This document shows, one piece after another, positions 27,017 through 36,717 of a stretch of 64,000 nt of DNA. The notes under the pieces were generated by a model, which saw only the letters and a program-made list of their open reading frames with translations, was not told the DNA's origin and ran no database searches. Numbering within the stretch: position 1 is the first letter of the stretch; every line of letters begins with the position of its first letter. A program made the position numbers and the translations under genes. Source of the DNA: Bacteroidales bacterium (GTDB lineage: Bacteria > Bacteroidota > Bacteroidia > Bacteroidales > UBA1715). The stretch lies in assembly GCA_024402335.1 (NCBI GenBank), contig JAKSTZ010000001.1, positions 93,989-157,988 of the forward strand. The letters run 5' to 3'.

Positions 27017-27370
27017 ATGAAAAAACAAATTGTAATTTCCATGCTTGCGATGGCATCGATAGTTGCCTGCAACAAAAACGAAGAAAGTCAACCTCAAGTT
27101 CAAGGACAAACTGGTATGGAACAACTAACGATTCTCAAAGCAGATACACAAACAGGCGATATTTGCGTATCTATAAAAGACGGAGAAACAGAAAGAGATT
27201 CATGTTTTAACATTGGTGTTCCTTTCCATTCTGCAACTCCAACAATTGTTATTGGACAAATTGCTGTAAAAATGGGAGAAGGAGATAATATTCATGATTC
27301 TTTGATTGATGTGTATGCTCCTGTTCCACAACCTGATTTTTCAAAAATGCCTTGTGATACTTGTAAATAG
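27017..27370 (+). CDS. Hypothetical lipoprotein (117 aa)
   Basis: Lipobox MLAMASIVAC after the ATG at 27017; the track ORF begins at TTG 26999. Confidence 0.55.
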   Translation: MKKQIVISMLAMASIVACNKNEESQPQVQGQTGMEQLTILKADTQTGDICVSIKDGETERDSCFNIGVPFHSATPTIVIGQIAVKMGEGDNIHDSLIDVYAPVPQPDFSKMPCDTCK

Positions 27371-27387
27371 ACTTAGATAATAGCACC

Positions 27388-27710
27388 GTATGCCTAACGG
27401 CATACACACTTGGTAGAAACAAACGATTTCCACCACCATACATTCCGTAGGAATGAACCAAAACGGTTTGTTTCTACGGATTTTTTCATAAAATTTTAAC
27501 GCTCATTCGTGAAGTCGAGATGGTTAATCTTCGGATGCTTTTTGTATGCGACAGGCAATACATTTTTTTGTAATGGCTTTCAGCCATTGGGTGCTGGGGT
27601 TATATTCTCCCGAGACTTCGTCACGGGTTACTGGAATATTGCCTTGCCAGGCAATAGTATATTTTGATTCTTATTGCACATAAAAAAGTAATGGCTGGAA
27701 GCCAATACAA
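27388..27710. repeat. Cluster of REP-like short hairpin modules (right flank of the cassette)
   Basis: Hairpins GTATGCC-TAAC-GGCATAC (27388-27405), CATTCC-GTA-GGAATG (27441-27455), AATGGCT-TTC-AGCCATT (27572-27588) and ATTGCCT-TGCC-AGGCAAT (27638-27655). Module 27608-27634 is the inverted copy of 25960-25985, and 27688-27710 is a direct copy of 26002-26025. Confidence 0.75.
27413..27486 (+). terminator. Long hairpin with a T6 tail; terminator-like, enclosing a REP-like module
   Basis: 12-bp stem GTAGAAACAAAC (27413-27424) / GTTTGTTTCTAC (27466-27477), followed by TTTTTT at 27481-27486. Confidence 0.5.
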
Positions 27711-27724
27711 AAATTTCAGAACGA

Positions 27725-27988
27725 CTATTTGCCTTCTTTCTGTTTATCCAACACTTTTTGTAACGCAACTGCAAGTTGGTCTGGGCAAGATGTTTGTTTT
27801 GGACCACAAGTAATTCCCGACAAGCGTTTAATCGCTTCTTCGGCAGTCATTCCTTCCACCAACTTACCTATTCCCTTTAGGTTCCCATTGCAGCCGCCAT
27901 AAAAAACAACGTTGGAAATCACATTGTCATTCAATTCAAAATCAATTTGTTGGCTACAAGTACCTACTGTCTTATAACGATATTTCAT
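27725..27988 (-). CDS. TIGR03905-type 4-Cys (TSCPD-like) small protein
   Basis: 87 aa. The pattern GTCSQQIDFEL...FYGGCNGNLKGI...ITCGPKQTSCPDQLA is typical of this family. Confidence 0.6.
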   Translation of the reverse strand: MKYRYKTVGTCSQQIDFELNDNVISNVVFYGGCNGNLKGIGKLVEGMTAEEAIKRLSGITCGPKQTSCPDQLAVALQKVLDKQKEGK

Positions 27989-27994
27989 AGTCTA

Positions 27995-29116
27995 TTACAT
28001 TAATGATTTATACACCATATCTGTTTTGTCGGCAAACTCCTTCAAAGTGAATTTCTTTGCCTGCTCAAAACCATCGTTCACCAATTGCATACGAAGATTT
28101 TTATTCTCGTGCAATTCCATCATTGCACGGGCTATACTATCTACATTATATGGATCAATATAATAACAAGCATCACCGCCCACTTCTGGCAACGACGACA
28201 CATTACTGATTACCACCGGAACACCACTACGGAATGCTTCCAAAATAGGAATACCAAATCCCTCGTAGCAAGACGGATACAAAAACATTTCCGCACATTG
28301 GTACACTATAGGCAACATATCGTTTCCCACCGAAGAACAAACAAACACCTTATCCTGCAAATTCTCAGCTTCGATATAGGCCATCAGTTGCTTTTGGCAA
28401 TCACGACCCTTTCCAACAATAACCAAAGGAATATCTATTTGATTTTTAATCTTATTGTAGGCTTTTGCCAAAGCAAGCACATTTTTTCGGTCCATTATGG
28501 CGCCTACGTACAACAAATAAGACGAAGGCAATCCAAGTTTTTGCAAGACATCCTTCTTTTCGGTTTCGGTAAATCGAGCATCAAAAATAGAACTACACGT
28601 TTGATACACGACAGAAATCTTCTTTGGATCTACATTGAAGAACTTTACTATGTCATTCTTTGTCGCTTCGCTCGTGGCAATAATTGCATCAGCATTCAGA
28701 CAAGAATTTCTCCACTTTAAATCGTAGATTTTCTTGTCTATTAAAGGGAAATCACTCGGAAACAATTTGTAAATCAAATCATGAATAGTTACCACTGTTT
28801 TTATAGTAGTATCTTCTATGCCAACTGGCAATTCATGGCTTAAACCGTGATAAATATCAATATCTCTTTCAATAAGACTATTTACAATCAAATGTGAGCG
28901 CCAAAACGACTTCGACATAAAGATACTTGGCGTAACAGTCTCAAATTCTTTTGTAAAATAAAAACTCTCGTCATTATAGGTTATTGACGGAGAGTACAAT
29001 ATGTACATATTTTCGGGATAATATTCCTTCAAACTACGTAGCAAGCTCCGACTATAATTTCCAAGCCCTGTCGTATTATGAAACAAACGCTTTGCGTCGA
29101 AACCTATTTTGTACAT
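27995..29116 (-). CDS. Glycosyltransferase family 4 (GT-B, RfaG-like)
   Basis: C-terminal PSCYEGFGIPILEAFRSGVPVVISNVSSLPEVGGDA, containing the E-x7-E motif. Confidence 0.85.
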   Translation of the reverse strand: MYKIGFDAKRLFHNTTGLGNYSRSLLRSLKEYYPENMYILYSPSITYNDESFYFTKEFETVTPSIFMSKSFWRSHLIVNSLIERDIDIYHGLSHELPVGIEDTTIKTVVTIHDLIYKLFPSDFPLIDKKIYDLKWRNSCLNADAIIATSEATKNDIVKFFNVDPKKISVVYQTCSSIFDARFTETEKKDVLQKLGLPSSYLLYVGAIMDRKNVLALAKAYNKIKNQIDIPLVIVGKGRDCQKQLMAYIEAENLQDKVFVCSSVGNDMLPIVYQCAEMFLYPSCYEGFGIPILEAFRSGVPVVISNVSSLPEVGGDACYYIDPYNVDSIARAMMELHENKNLRMQLVNDGFEQAKKFTLKEFADKTDMVYKSLM

Positions 29117-29117
29117 A

Positions 29118-29834
29118 TTAGAAATTAGCTAAAATATCAACAATATGTATTACCGTGATAGGCAAATTATTACGGTCGATATATGCTTTCATATTCATTA
29201 AACATGAATATTCTGTTCCTGTAATATATTCAGCACCAGTTTCCAAAGCGAAACGCACCTTTTGTTCTACCATTGCAGAAGAAATATCTTTCTGTTTGAT
29301 TGAGAATGTACCACCAAAACCGCAACAAGTCGTACTTTCTTCCATTTCAACAATTTCCAAGCCCTTCACGTTCGAAAGCAATGTGCGTGGTTCCGACACC
29401 ATTCCATATTCACGCAATGCTGAACATGAATCGTGAACAGTTACTTTTGCATTAAACGTTGCACCTAAATCAGTTACCTTCACAACATTTACAAGAAAAT
29501 CACAAATGTCATAAATTCTATTTGAAAGAGATTCTGCTTGTTGTTTTTCTGCAGCATCGTCGAATAACGAAGCATACCGACGTTTTATGAAACCGGTACA
29601 CGATCCACCAGGACTAACTATCATTCTATCGCCTGCAAAATCTTGCATAAATTTACGCGCGAGTTCTTGAGTTTCTTTTGCATAGCCACTATTGAACTGT
29701 GGTTGTCCGCAACAAGTTTGTTTCGGGTTGTAGTTTGTTTCACAACCAACATGATTCAATATCTTTATAAGATTTTCCCCTGTTTCAGGTGTCAACTGAT
29801 CAACAAAACAAGGAATAAACAAATCAACTTTCAT
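29118..29834 (-). CDS. (Fe-S)-binding CCG-domain protein, LutA-like
   Basis: MKVDLFIPCFVDQ...KQTCCGQP and ...TCCGFGG show duplicated cysteine-rich CCG motifs; 238 aa. Confidence 0.7.
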   Translation of the reverse strand: MKVDLFIPCFVDQLTPETGENLIKILNHVGCETNYNPKQTCCGQPQFNSGYAKETQELARKFMQDFAGDRMIVSPGGSCTGFIKRRYASLFDDAAEKQQAESLSNRIYDICDFLVNVVKVTDLGATFNAKVTVHDSCSALREYGMVSEPRTLLSNVKGLEIVEMEESTTCCGFGGTFSIKQKDISSAMVEQKVRFALETGAEYITGTEYSCLMNMKAYIDRNNLPITVIHIVDILANF

Positions 29835-29905
29835 ACTAAAAATTTAATAACACAAAAGTAATATTTATCGTTTACATAACGAATTAAGTTGTAAAACTTT
29901 TAAGC

Positions 29906-31243
29906 CTAATCTCTTTTAAAGATATCGCGTGTATAAACCTTATCTTTCACATCGTCAAGACAGTTATCGTATCTGTTGGCAATAATTGCCTGACATTGTT
30001 TTTTGAACGACGCCAAATCATTTACAACCACGCTGCCAAAAAAAGTACTACCATCTTCGAGTGTTGGTTCATAAATAATAACCTGAGCACCTTTTGCCTT
30101 GATACGCTTCATCACACCCTGAATAGAACTTTGACGGAAATTGTCGCTATTGCTCTTCATCGTAAGACGGAATACACCAATAGTCACTGATTTTTCCTGT
30201 GATTTATCGAAACCGTTTGCATTGCTATAACCATAATAACCAGCCTTTGCAAGCACTTGGTCGGCGATAAAATCCTTACGGGTACGGTTACTTTCAACTA
30301 TAGCCGTCATCATATTTTGTGGAACGTCCTGATAATTCGCAAGCAGTTGTTTGGTATCTTTTGGAAGGCAATAGCCGCCATAGCCAAACGAAGGATTATT
30401 GTAATGAACACCAATACGTGGATCCAAGCCAACACCTTGAATAATAGCCTGAGAATCAAGCCCTTTAACCTCAGCGTATGTGTCTAATTCGTTGAAATAA
30501 CTTACACGTAAAGCAAGATATGTATTCGCAAACAATTTTACCGCTTCGGCTTCGGTCATTCCCATGAAAAGCGTATCGATAGATTCTTTTATAGCACCTT
30601 CCTGCAACAATGCGGCAAACGTATGTGCAGCTTGTTCCAAATCGCCACCAATAATTTTTCGTACCAAAGCATCCTCGTCACCAAATTGTTCCGATTCTTT
30701 CGGATAACCGACAATAATTCGGCTTGGATACAGATTATCGTACAACGCTTTACTCTCGCGAAGAAATTCCGGCGAAAACAATAAATTCAAAGTACGGTTA
30801 GTCCAACCATTTGCCGCAAATTTCATCGCATATTTCTTATAAAGCGAACGACAATATCCTACCGGAATGGTACTTTTTATAATCATTACTGCCTGTGGAT
30901 TCACCTCCAACACTAAATCTATCACTTCCTCCACATGGCTTGTATCGAAATAATTCTTTACGGGATCATAGTTTGTTGGTGCTGCAATTACCACAAAATC
31001 AGCATTGCGATACGCTTCGGCACCATCTAAGGTTGCCGTTAGATGCAAATCTTTTTCTGCCAAAAATTTTTCTATATACTCGTCTTGTATCGGCGACTTT
31101 TTGTTATTGATCATTGCCACTTTTTCTGGAACAACATCCACTGCCATAACGGAATGACGTTGCGCCAAAAGCGTTGCAATACTTAAACCTACATATCCTG
31201 TTCCTGCAACAGCAATCTGTAAATCCTCAATCTTTTTATTCAT
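29906..31243 (-). CDS. Nucleotide-sugar dehydrogenase (UDP-glucose 6-dehydrogenase-like)
   Basis: N-terminal Rossmann motif [11 protein letters not shown] and catalytic region [10 protein letters not shown]; 445 aa. Confidence 0.85.
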   Translation of the reverse strand: MNKKIEDLQIAVAGTGYVGLSIATLLAQRHSVMAVDVVPEKVAMINNKKSPIQDEYIEKFLAEKDLHLTATLDGAEAYRNADFVVIAAPTNYDPVKNYFDTSHVEEVIDLVLEVNPQAVMIIKSTIPVGYCRSLYKKYAMKFAANGWTNRTLNLLFSPEFLRESKALYDNLYPSRIIVGYPKESEQFGDEDALVRKIIGGDLEQAAHTFAALLQEGAIKESIDTLFMGMTEAEAVKLFANTYLALRVSYFNELDTYAEVKGLDSQAIIQGVGLDPRIGVHYNNPSFGYGGYCLPKDTKQLLANYQDVPQNMMTAIVESNRTRKDFIADQVLAKAGYYGYSNANGFDKSQEKSVTIGVFRLTMKSNSDNFRQSSIQGVMKRIKAKGAQVIIYEPTLEDGSTFFGSVVVNDLASFKKQCQAIIANRYDNCLDDVKDKVYTRDIFKRD

Positions 31244-31376
31244 ATTTTCTTCTCTATTCTATAAACTTTGTGTAGAGCCCAGGCATAACACGGCATAAAA
31301 TTACAGTTTTTATAGATGTGTTCCACCAATTTCTCAAAAAATAACTAACTTGCACTCGTTTTAAAAACAATTTGAG

Positions 31377-32111
31377 ATGAAAAAACACATTCCTAATACA
31401 CTAACTATCTGCAATTTGCTATGTGGTGTATTTTCTGTAGTAATTTCAACAACACAATTCAAATCGCTTGAACTTGCGGTTGCATTGATTTTCTGCGGAG
31501 CAGTTTTCGACTTTTTTGACGGTTTTTCCGCACGACTACTAAAAGTTGCATCTCCTATCGGCAAAGAACTTGATTCTCTTGCAGATTTAATAACCTTCGG
31601 ATTTGCTCCTGCGGCAATAACCTCAAGTCTTATCTTCGACTCTCTATACGGCGGACAACTAACTGACTACGACACAATTAGCACATCCACACTCATGCTT
31701 ACATTTTTCCCATACATTATAGTGGCTTTTTCGGCACTACGTTTGGCAAAATTCAATTTAGACACACGACAAGCACATTCATTCATAGGATTACCAACTC
31801 CAGCAAACGCCATTTTCTTTGCAAGTTTCGCATTCCTACCAGATATTGATTTGGAGATTTTCCCTATCATACTTGACGTGCTTTGTTTAGCATTTTCGTT
31901 ACTTCTTGTATCGGAAATTCCTATGTTCTCGCTCAAATTCCAAAACTACTCTTGGGCCGATAACAAAATACGTTTTTCATTCCTGATCTGTACTATTATT
32001 TTATTGGCTATCTTCCAATTACAAGCGCTTACAGGCATTATGGTCTTATACATTGTTCTATCGCTTGTTGATGACTTTGTAAACAAAAAAACACCTGACA
32101 ATTTGGAATAA
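31377..32111 (+). CDS. pssA: CDP-diacylglycerol--serine O-phosphatidyltransferase (CDP-alcohol phosphatidyltransferase family)
   Basis: The motif DFFDGFSARLLKVASPIGKELDSLADLI fits D-G-x2-A-R-x8-G-x3-D-x3-D. Polytopic, 244 aa. Confidence 0.8.
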   Translation: MKKHIPNTLTICNLLCGVFSVVISTTQFKSLELAVALIFCGAVFDFFDGFSARLLKVASPIGKELDSLADLITFGFAPAAITSSLIFDSLYGGQLTDYDTISTSTLMLTFFPYIIVAFSALRLAKFNLDTRQAHSFIGLPTPANAIFFASFAFLPDIDLEIFPIILDVLCLAFSLLLVSEIPMFSLKFQNYSWADNKIRFSFLICTIILLAIFQLQALTGIMVLYIVLSLVDDFVNKKTPDNLE

Positions 32112-32137
32112 AATTGATATTTTGATGGTGAATGCAT

Positions 32138-32185
32138 ATTGGGTGTATGCAATACAACAACCCATTGGGCGTATGCGATACGCCC
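32138..32185. repeat. Two direct copies of a REP-like unit ATTGGGYGTATGCRATAC
   Basis: Copies at 32138-32155 and 32164-32181. The second forms the hairpin GGGCGTA-TGCGA-TACGCCC (32167-32185). Confidence 0.65.
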
Positions 32186-32265
32186 CGACGATAATCAATA
32201 TTCATTAACCATTTAATATTAACCATTTTATTGTAACTTTACCCCAATTTATTTGTCTATTGTAA

Positions 32266-35200
32266 ATGAAACGATTGGGGCTGATATTACTATTTCTCTA
32301 TTCATTCTTGAGCGTATTTGCCCAAGAATCATCCATCGTTTTCACCGAAAACCAGAAACAATGGCCTTCGAATGTTTTATTTCGCAGCCAACTACACAAA
32401 GGGAATGTTTTTCTTGAGAAAAACTGTCTCACCTACTACTTTTTCGACGAAGAAAATTCGAAACATCGCCACGGTGCATATTCTGTTTCCGAAGAAGAAC
32501 TACAACAAAGTTTAGAACGATTTGAGCAAACTGGAGAACAACCGAAGCGAAAACAAGAACGAAAACCTGATTTTTTTCGTGCACACGCATACAAGGTTTC
32601 GTTCGTCAACATGAATTCACGAACAAAAATTTATGGAACTTCACAAACACCATATACCGAGAATTATTTAATCGGCAGCAATCCTAAAAATTGGGCTACC
32701 GGTGTTCGTAGTTTCTCTAAAGTAATCTACGAAAATATCTATAAAAACATTTTTCTACAGATTTATGGGAATGGCCCCGATCTCAAATATGACTTTGTGA
32801 TTCAACCTGGCGGAGATCCACAAAAAATACAATTACTCTATTCGAACGTGCCTGCAATGACTGTCAGAAGCGACGGTGTTTTGCAAATAAAAACTTCGGT
32901 AAACGAAGTTTATGAACAAAAGCCATTTGCTTATCAAATAATTGGCGGCGACACTGTTACAGTTCCATGCACCTACCATTTGGAGCATTTTACCGTAAGC
33001 TACGATTTAGGGAAATACAATCCGTCATATACTCTTTACATAGATCCCGATTTAATTTTCTCTACTTATACCGGCTCAACTTCCGACAATTGGGGGTTTA
33101 CCGCCACATACGATTCCGAAAACAACGCTTATCTTGGAGGTATAGTTGAAGGATTTGGTTACCCGGTCAACATGGGAGCAATTCAAACAGAATATGCAGG
33201 CGGCAATTGGGACATAGGAATCATAAAACTTGATGCAACTGGCACCAAACGATTATATGCCACATATCTTGGTGGCTCAAGCTGCGAAATGCCTCATAGT
33301 TTCATTGTGAATAGCAAAAACGAGCTATTAATCTTAGGCACAACCGGTTCTGCCGATTTTCCGACTGCCAATGCTTATCAAAAGACATTCGCCGGAGGCG
33401 ACTACACTTTATACGACAACACTATATTATTCGAAAATGGTGTGGACATATTCGTAAGCCGCCTTTCGCCTGACGGAACAACGTTGCTTTCATCCACATT
33501 TTTAGGCGGAAGCAAAAACGACGGCATCAACTTTAGTTGGGAAACCGATTTGGAATACGGACACGATTCGTTGTATTACAACTATGGCGACGGTGCACGT
33601 GGTGAAATCATGATTGACGATGACGACAATGTATATATTGCTTCAACCACATTCTCCGACGACTTTCCTATTGTAAACGGATTTCAAAGCACATTCGGAG
33701 GCATGCAAGATGGCATTGTATGCAAATTCGATCCCGAAGTTTCCACCTTACAATGGAGTTCATATATCGGCGGCGACAGCAAGGACGCTTCATATTCCAT
33801 AGACATAGATCACGACAATAGTGCGTATGTTACAGGAGGAACTTGTTCTTCTACCCTCAACTTGCCTGCAGGAGGTTATCAACCTGACCGTATTGGCGGA
33901 ACCGTTGACGCTTATATTCTGAAAATAAACCGCAACTCGGGAGAATTAGAAGCAGGCACATATTTTGGTTCAACTGAATACGACCAAGCACATTTTGTAC
34001 GAGTAAACTCAAATAACAAAGTCTTTATTTTCGGACAAACAACTGCAAAAGGCAACACCCTGATTTACAACGCAAAATACAACAACCCAAATAGTGGACA
34101 ATTCTTAGCCTCGTTTTCGAACGACCTACAGACACTAAATTGGTCAACCGTATTTGGTTCAGGATTAGGAAGGCCGAACATATCACCTACAGCTTTTGAA
34201 GTGGACATTTGCAACCGTATTTATCTTGCCGGTGTCGGACGAGATTGGAATGACCAACCAGGTTGGTATTTTTACGGGAATACCGGATATCGTTTATATG
34301 ACTACGGATGGGAAGCGATACAGGGGACTAAGGGAATGGAAGTAACCGATGATGCTTACCAAAAAGAAACCGATGGTAAGGATTTCTACATCATGGTTAC
34401 CGATGACGAAGCAAATAATCTTGACTATGCCACATTTTTTGGAGAACTCTCGGATGCGTATGTACTCTACAATCCTTTCAATGGACAATATCTATACAAT
34501 GGATGTACGTCAAGCGGACGCGACCATGTAGATGGCGGAACTAGTCGTTTTGATGCAAATGGCTATGTTTATCAAAGCGTTTGTGCGAGTTGCGGAGGAT
34601 GCAACGGATTCCCGATTTATCCAAAACCAGGAGCGTGGTCCACTAAAAACAATGCAAGCAATTGCAACAGCGCAATTCTTCGCTTCGTAATTGATTTTGG
34701 CCTGATTAAAGCTAATTTCGACTTGCCTGAAGTTGGTTGTGCAAGCAAAGAACTTACGTTCAAAAACACATCGGAAGTTCATTACAATAATCCAAAGCTT
34801 ACCTATTTATGGGACTTTGGAGACGGAACTACCTCAACAGAAGAATCACCTGCACACACATACAAGGCAAACGGGAAATATACTATAACTCTCTGGGTAA
34901 AAGACTCAACCTCGTGCAACCAAAGTGATTCGGTAACAAAAGTTCTTTCCATAGTTACCAAAACAAATTACGAGATATTAGATACAAAAAATATCTGTTT
35001 AGGCGACAGCGTGTTAATTGGTATTCCTAACGAATACGATGAATCGTTGGAATATTCATGGTCGCCGACAAATTGGATTACCGATCCGTCAAAACCGTCA
35101 TCATACACAAGACCAAACGACACGACCACATATCAACTTTCGGTTACATCGGGATGGTGCCAAACTATTTACGAGCAAACCGTCAACACGTTTAACCAAG

Positions 35201-36717
35201 ATTATTTTGTTAAAAAAATCAATGTTGAGAAAAATGGTGTCCCACAAAAACCATACATCTGTAAAGGAGACAATGTGAAACTTACCGTTGAAACCAACGC
35301 TCCTTCTCAACGATATTTATGGGCAACAGACAAAAATTTCAGGAACATAATCAGCCCTGACTTTTCACTAAACTATATTGAATTCACCCCGACAGAAACC
35401 ACTACACTATACGTTAAAACACTCAGCACCTATTGCGAATTCGAAGCAATTGATTCAATTACTGTACACGTGTTCCATAACAAAATTACCGTTACAGGTG
35501 ACACGCTGATTTGTAAAGGAGACATGACGCCTATTTTCGTAGAAAATCTTACGCCAAAGAATCCTCTCACTTATTTATGGACACAAAAAAATCAAATATA
35601 TGACGGAGCAAATACAAGTTCTCCACTTGTAAAGCCAAATAAGACAACTAAATTTATAGTATATGCAACCGACTCTGTTGGTTGTAGTTACACCGATACC
35701 GTACTTGTAGAAGTTGATGAATTGCTCATAAACGTAGAGAACTTCCAACCTATCAGCTGCCATGGCGAAACCGACGCACAATTTGATATTGTTCCTATCG
35801 GATTCCCGCCATATCAAATTGCATGGGATGACAACACATCTTTTCCCGGGAAATACAACGTCGGTCCTGGTACATATACCGTTTTTGTAAGCGACAGTTT
35901 AGGTTGTACAAACAAAGAAGAAATAGAAGTTGTTGATCCAAAAGAACTTACAATTGATTCAACCATATTTTCACATGAGACCTGTAAAGGCGCTTGCAAT
36001 GGCACAATTACACTAAAAGTTTCCGGAGGAACCGAGCCATATTCTTATCTATGGAATACTGAAGACAACAGCGCAGAACTAAAACGACTTTGCCCTGGAG
36101 AATATAGTGCGACAATAACCGATGCACATGGTTGTACCACAGCACTTTCACAACCAATACAAATCAGGTTGGAAGAAAAAATTCCTAATGTTGATGCGTT
36201 TGCCGAATCGAACTTGGTTTTCATCGGACAGGAAACAAAAATTCATGCAACGAAAAATCCAGAAGAAAACATAACATATCTTTGGACACCAAACATTTGG
36301 TTAGACGACAACACGAAAGCAATAGCCACAGTTACACCAGACATTCCTTTAGAACTCACATTCAAAGTCATTGCCATAGATGCATACGGTTGTCAAAATA
36401 CCGATACCGTACAACTTACATCTGTAGAATGGATTTGCGACAAGCCGTTCATATTTGTACCTACAGCATTCACTCCAAACAACGATGGCAAAAACGACGT
36501 AATTTCCGTCAACAGTAAAGTAATCACCAATTTAGAATTCTCCATATTCGACCGTTGGGGAGAACTTGTATTCGAAACAAATGACATCAACTCTAGCTGG
36601 GACGGAACATACCACGGGAAATTACTTCAGCCACAAGTGTTTGTGTATCATCTAAAAGCAACTTGCTTAAATGGTGAAAAGTTCGAAGAAAAAGGAAACA
36701 TCACGCTCATACGATAA
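32266..36717 (+). CDS. Giant secreted adhesin-like protein: SBBP beta-propeller repeats, PKD domain, SprB-type repeats, T9SS type-B (gliding-motility) C-terminal domain
   Basis: Signal peptide present. Repeated (S/D)xDFP..N.(F/Y)Q.TF(A/G)G motifs (SBBP-like). PKD motif WDFGDGTTSTEESPAHTYKANGKYTITL. Cys-containing SprB-like repeats (ISCHGETDAQ..., ETCKGACNGTITLKVSGGTEPYSYLW). C-terminus FVPTAFTPNNDGKNDV...IFDRWGELVF...WDGTY. Confidence 0.9.
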   Translation: MKRLGLILLFLYSFLSVFAQESSIVFTENQKQWPSNVLFRSQLHKGNVFLEKNCLTYYFFDEENSKHRHGAYSVSEEELQQSLERFEQTGEQPKRKQERKPDFFRAHAYKVSFVNMNSRTKIYGTSQTPYTENYLIGSNPKNWATGVRSFSKVIYENIYKNIFLQIYGNGPDLKYDFVIQPGGDPQKIQLLYSNVPAMTVRSDGVLQIKTSVNEVYEQKPFAYQIIGGDTVTVPCTYHLEHFTVSYDLGKYNPSYTLYIDPDLIFSTYTGSTSDNWGFTATYDSENNAYLGGIVEGFGYPVNMGAIQTEYAGGNWDIGIIKLDATGTKRLYATYLGGSSCEMPHSFIVNSKNELLILGTTGSADFPTANAYQKTFAGGDYTLYDNTILFENGVDIFVSRLSPDGTTLLSSTFLGGSKNDGINFSWETDLEYGHDSLYYNYGDGARGEIMIDDDDNVYIASTTFSDDFPIVNGFQSTFGGMQDGIVCKFDPEVSTLQWSSYIGGDSKDASYSIDIDHDNSAYVTGGTCSSTLNLPAGGYQPDRIGGTVDAYILKINRNSGELEAGTYFGSTEYDQAHFVRVNSNNKVFIFGQTTAKGNTLIYNAKYNNPNSGQFLASFSNDLQTLNWSTVFGSGLGRPNISPTAFEVDICNRIYLAGVGRDWNDQPGWYFYGNTGYRLYDYGWEAIQGTKGMEVTDDAYQKETDGKDFYIMVTDDEANNLDYATFFGELSDAYVLYNPFNGQYLYNGCTSSGRDHVDGGTSRFDANGYVYQSVCASCGGCNGFPIYPKPGAWSTKNNASNCNSAILRFVIDFGLIKANFDLPEVGCASKELTFKNTSEVHYNNPKLTYLWDFGDGTTSTEESPAHTYKANGKYTITLWVKDSTSCNQSDSVTKVLSIVTKTNYEILDTKNICLGDSVLIGIPNEYDESLEYSWSPTNWITDPSKPSSYTRPNDTTTYQLSVTSGWCQTIYEQTVNTFNQDYFVKKINVEKNGVPQKPYICKGDNVKLTVETNAPSQRYLWATDKNFRNIISPDFSLNYIEFTPTETTTLYVKTLSTYCEFEAIDSITVHVFHNKITVTGDTLICKGDMTPIFVENLTPKNPLTYLWTQKNQIYDGANTSSPLVKPNKTTKFIVYATDSVGCSYTDTVLVEVDELLINVENFQPISCHGETDAQFDIVPIGFPPYQIAWDDNTSFPGKYNVGPGTYTVFVSDSLGCTNKEEIEVVDPKELTIDSTIFSHETCKGACNGTITLKVSGGTEPYSYLWNTEDNSAELKRLCPGEYSATITDAHGCTTALSQPIQIRLEEKIPNVDAFAESNLVFIGQETKIHATKNPEENITYLWTPNIWLDDNTKAIATVTPDIPLELTFKVIAIDAYGCQNTDTVQLTSVEWICDKPFIFVPTAFTPNNDGKNDVISVNSKVITNLEFSIFDRWGELVFETNDINSSWDGTYHGKLLQPQVFVYHLKATCLNGEKFEEKGNITLIR

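Noticed and set aside
28085-28720. 211-aa plus-strand ORF
   Set aside because: It is antisense to the well-supported GT4 glycosyltransferase and has no motif; a shadow ORF.
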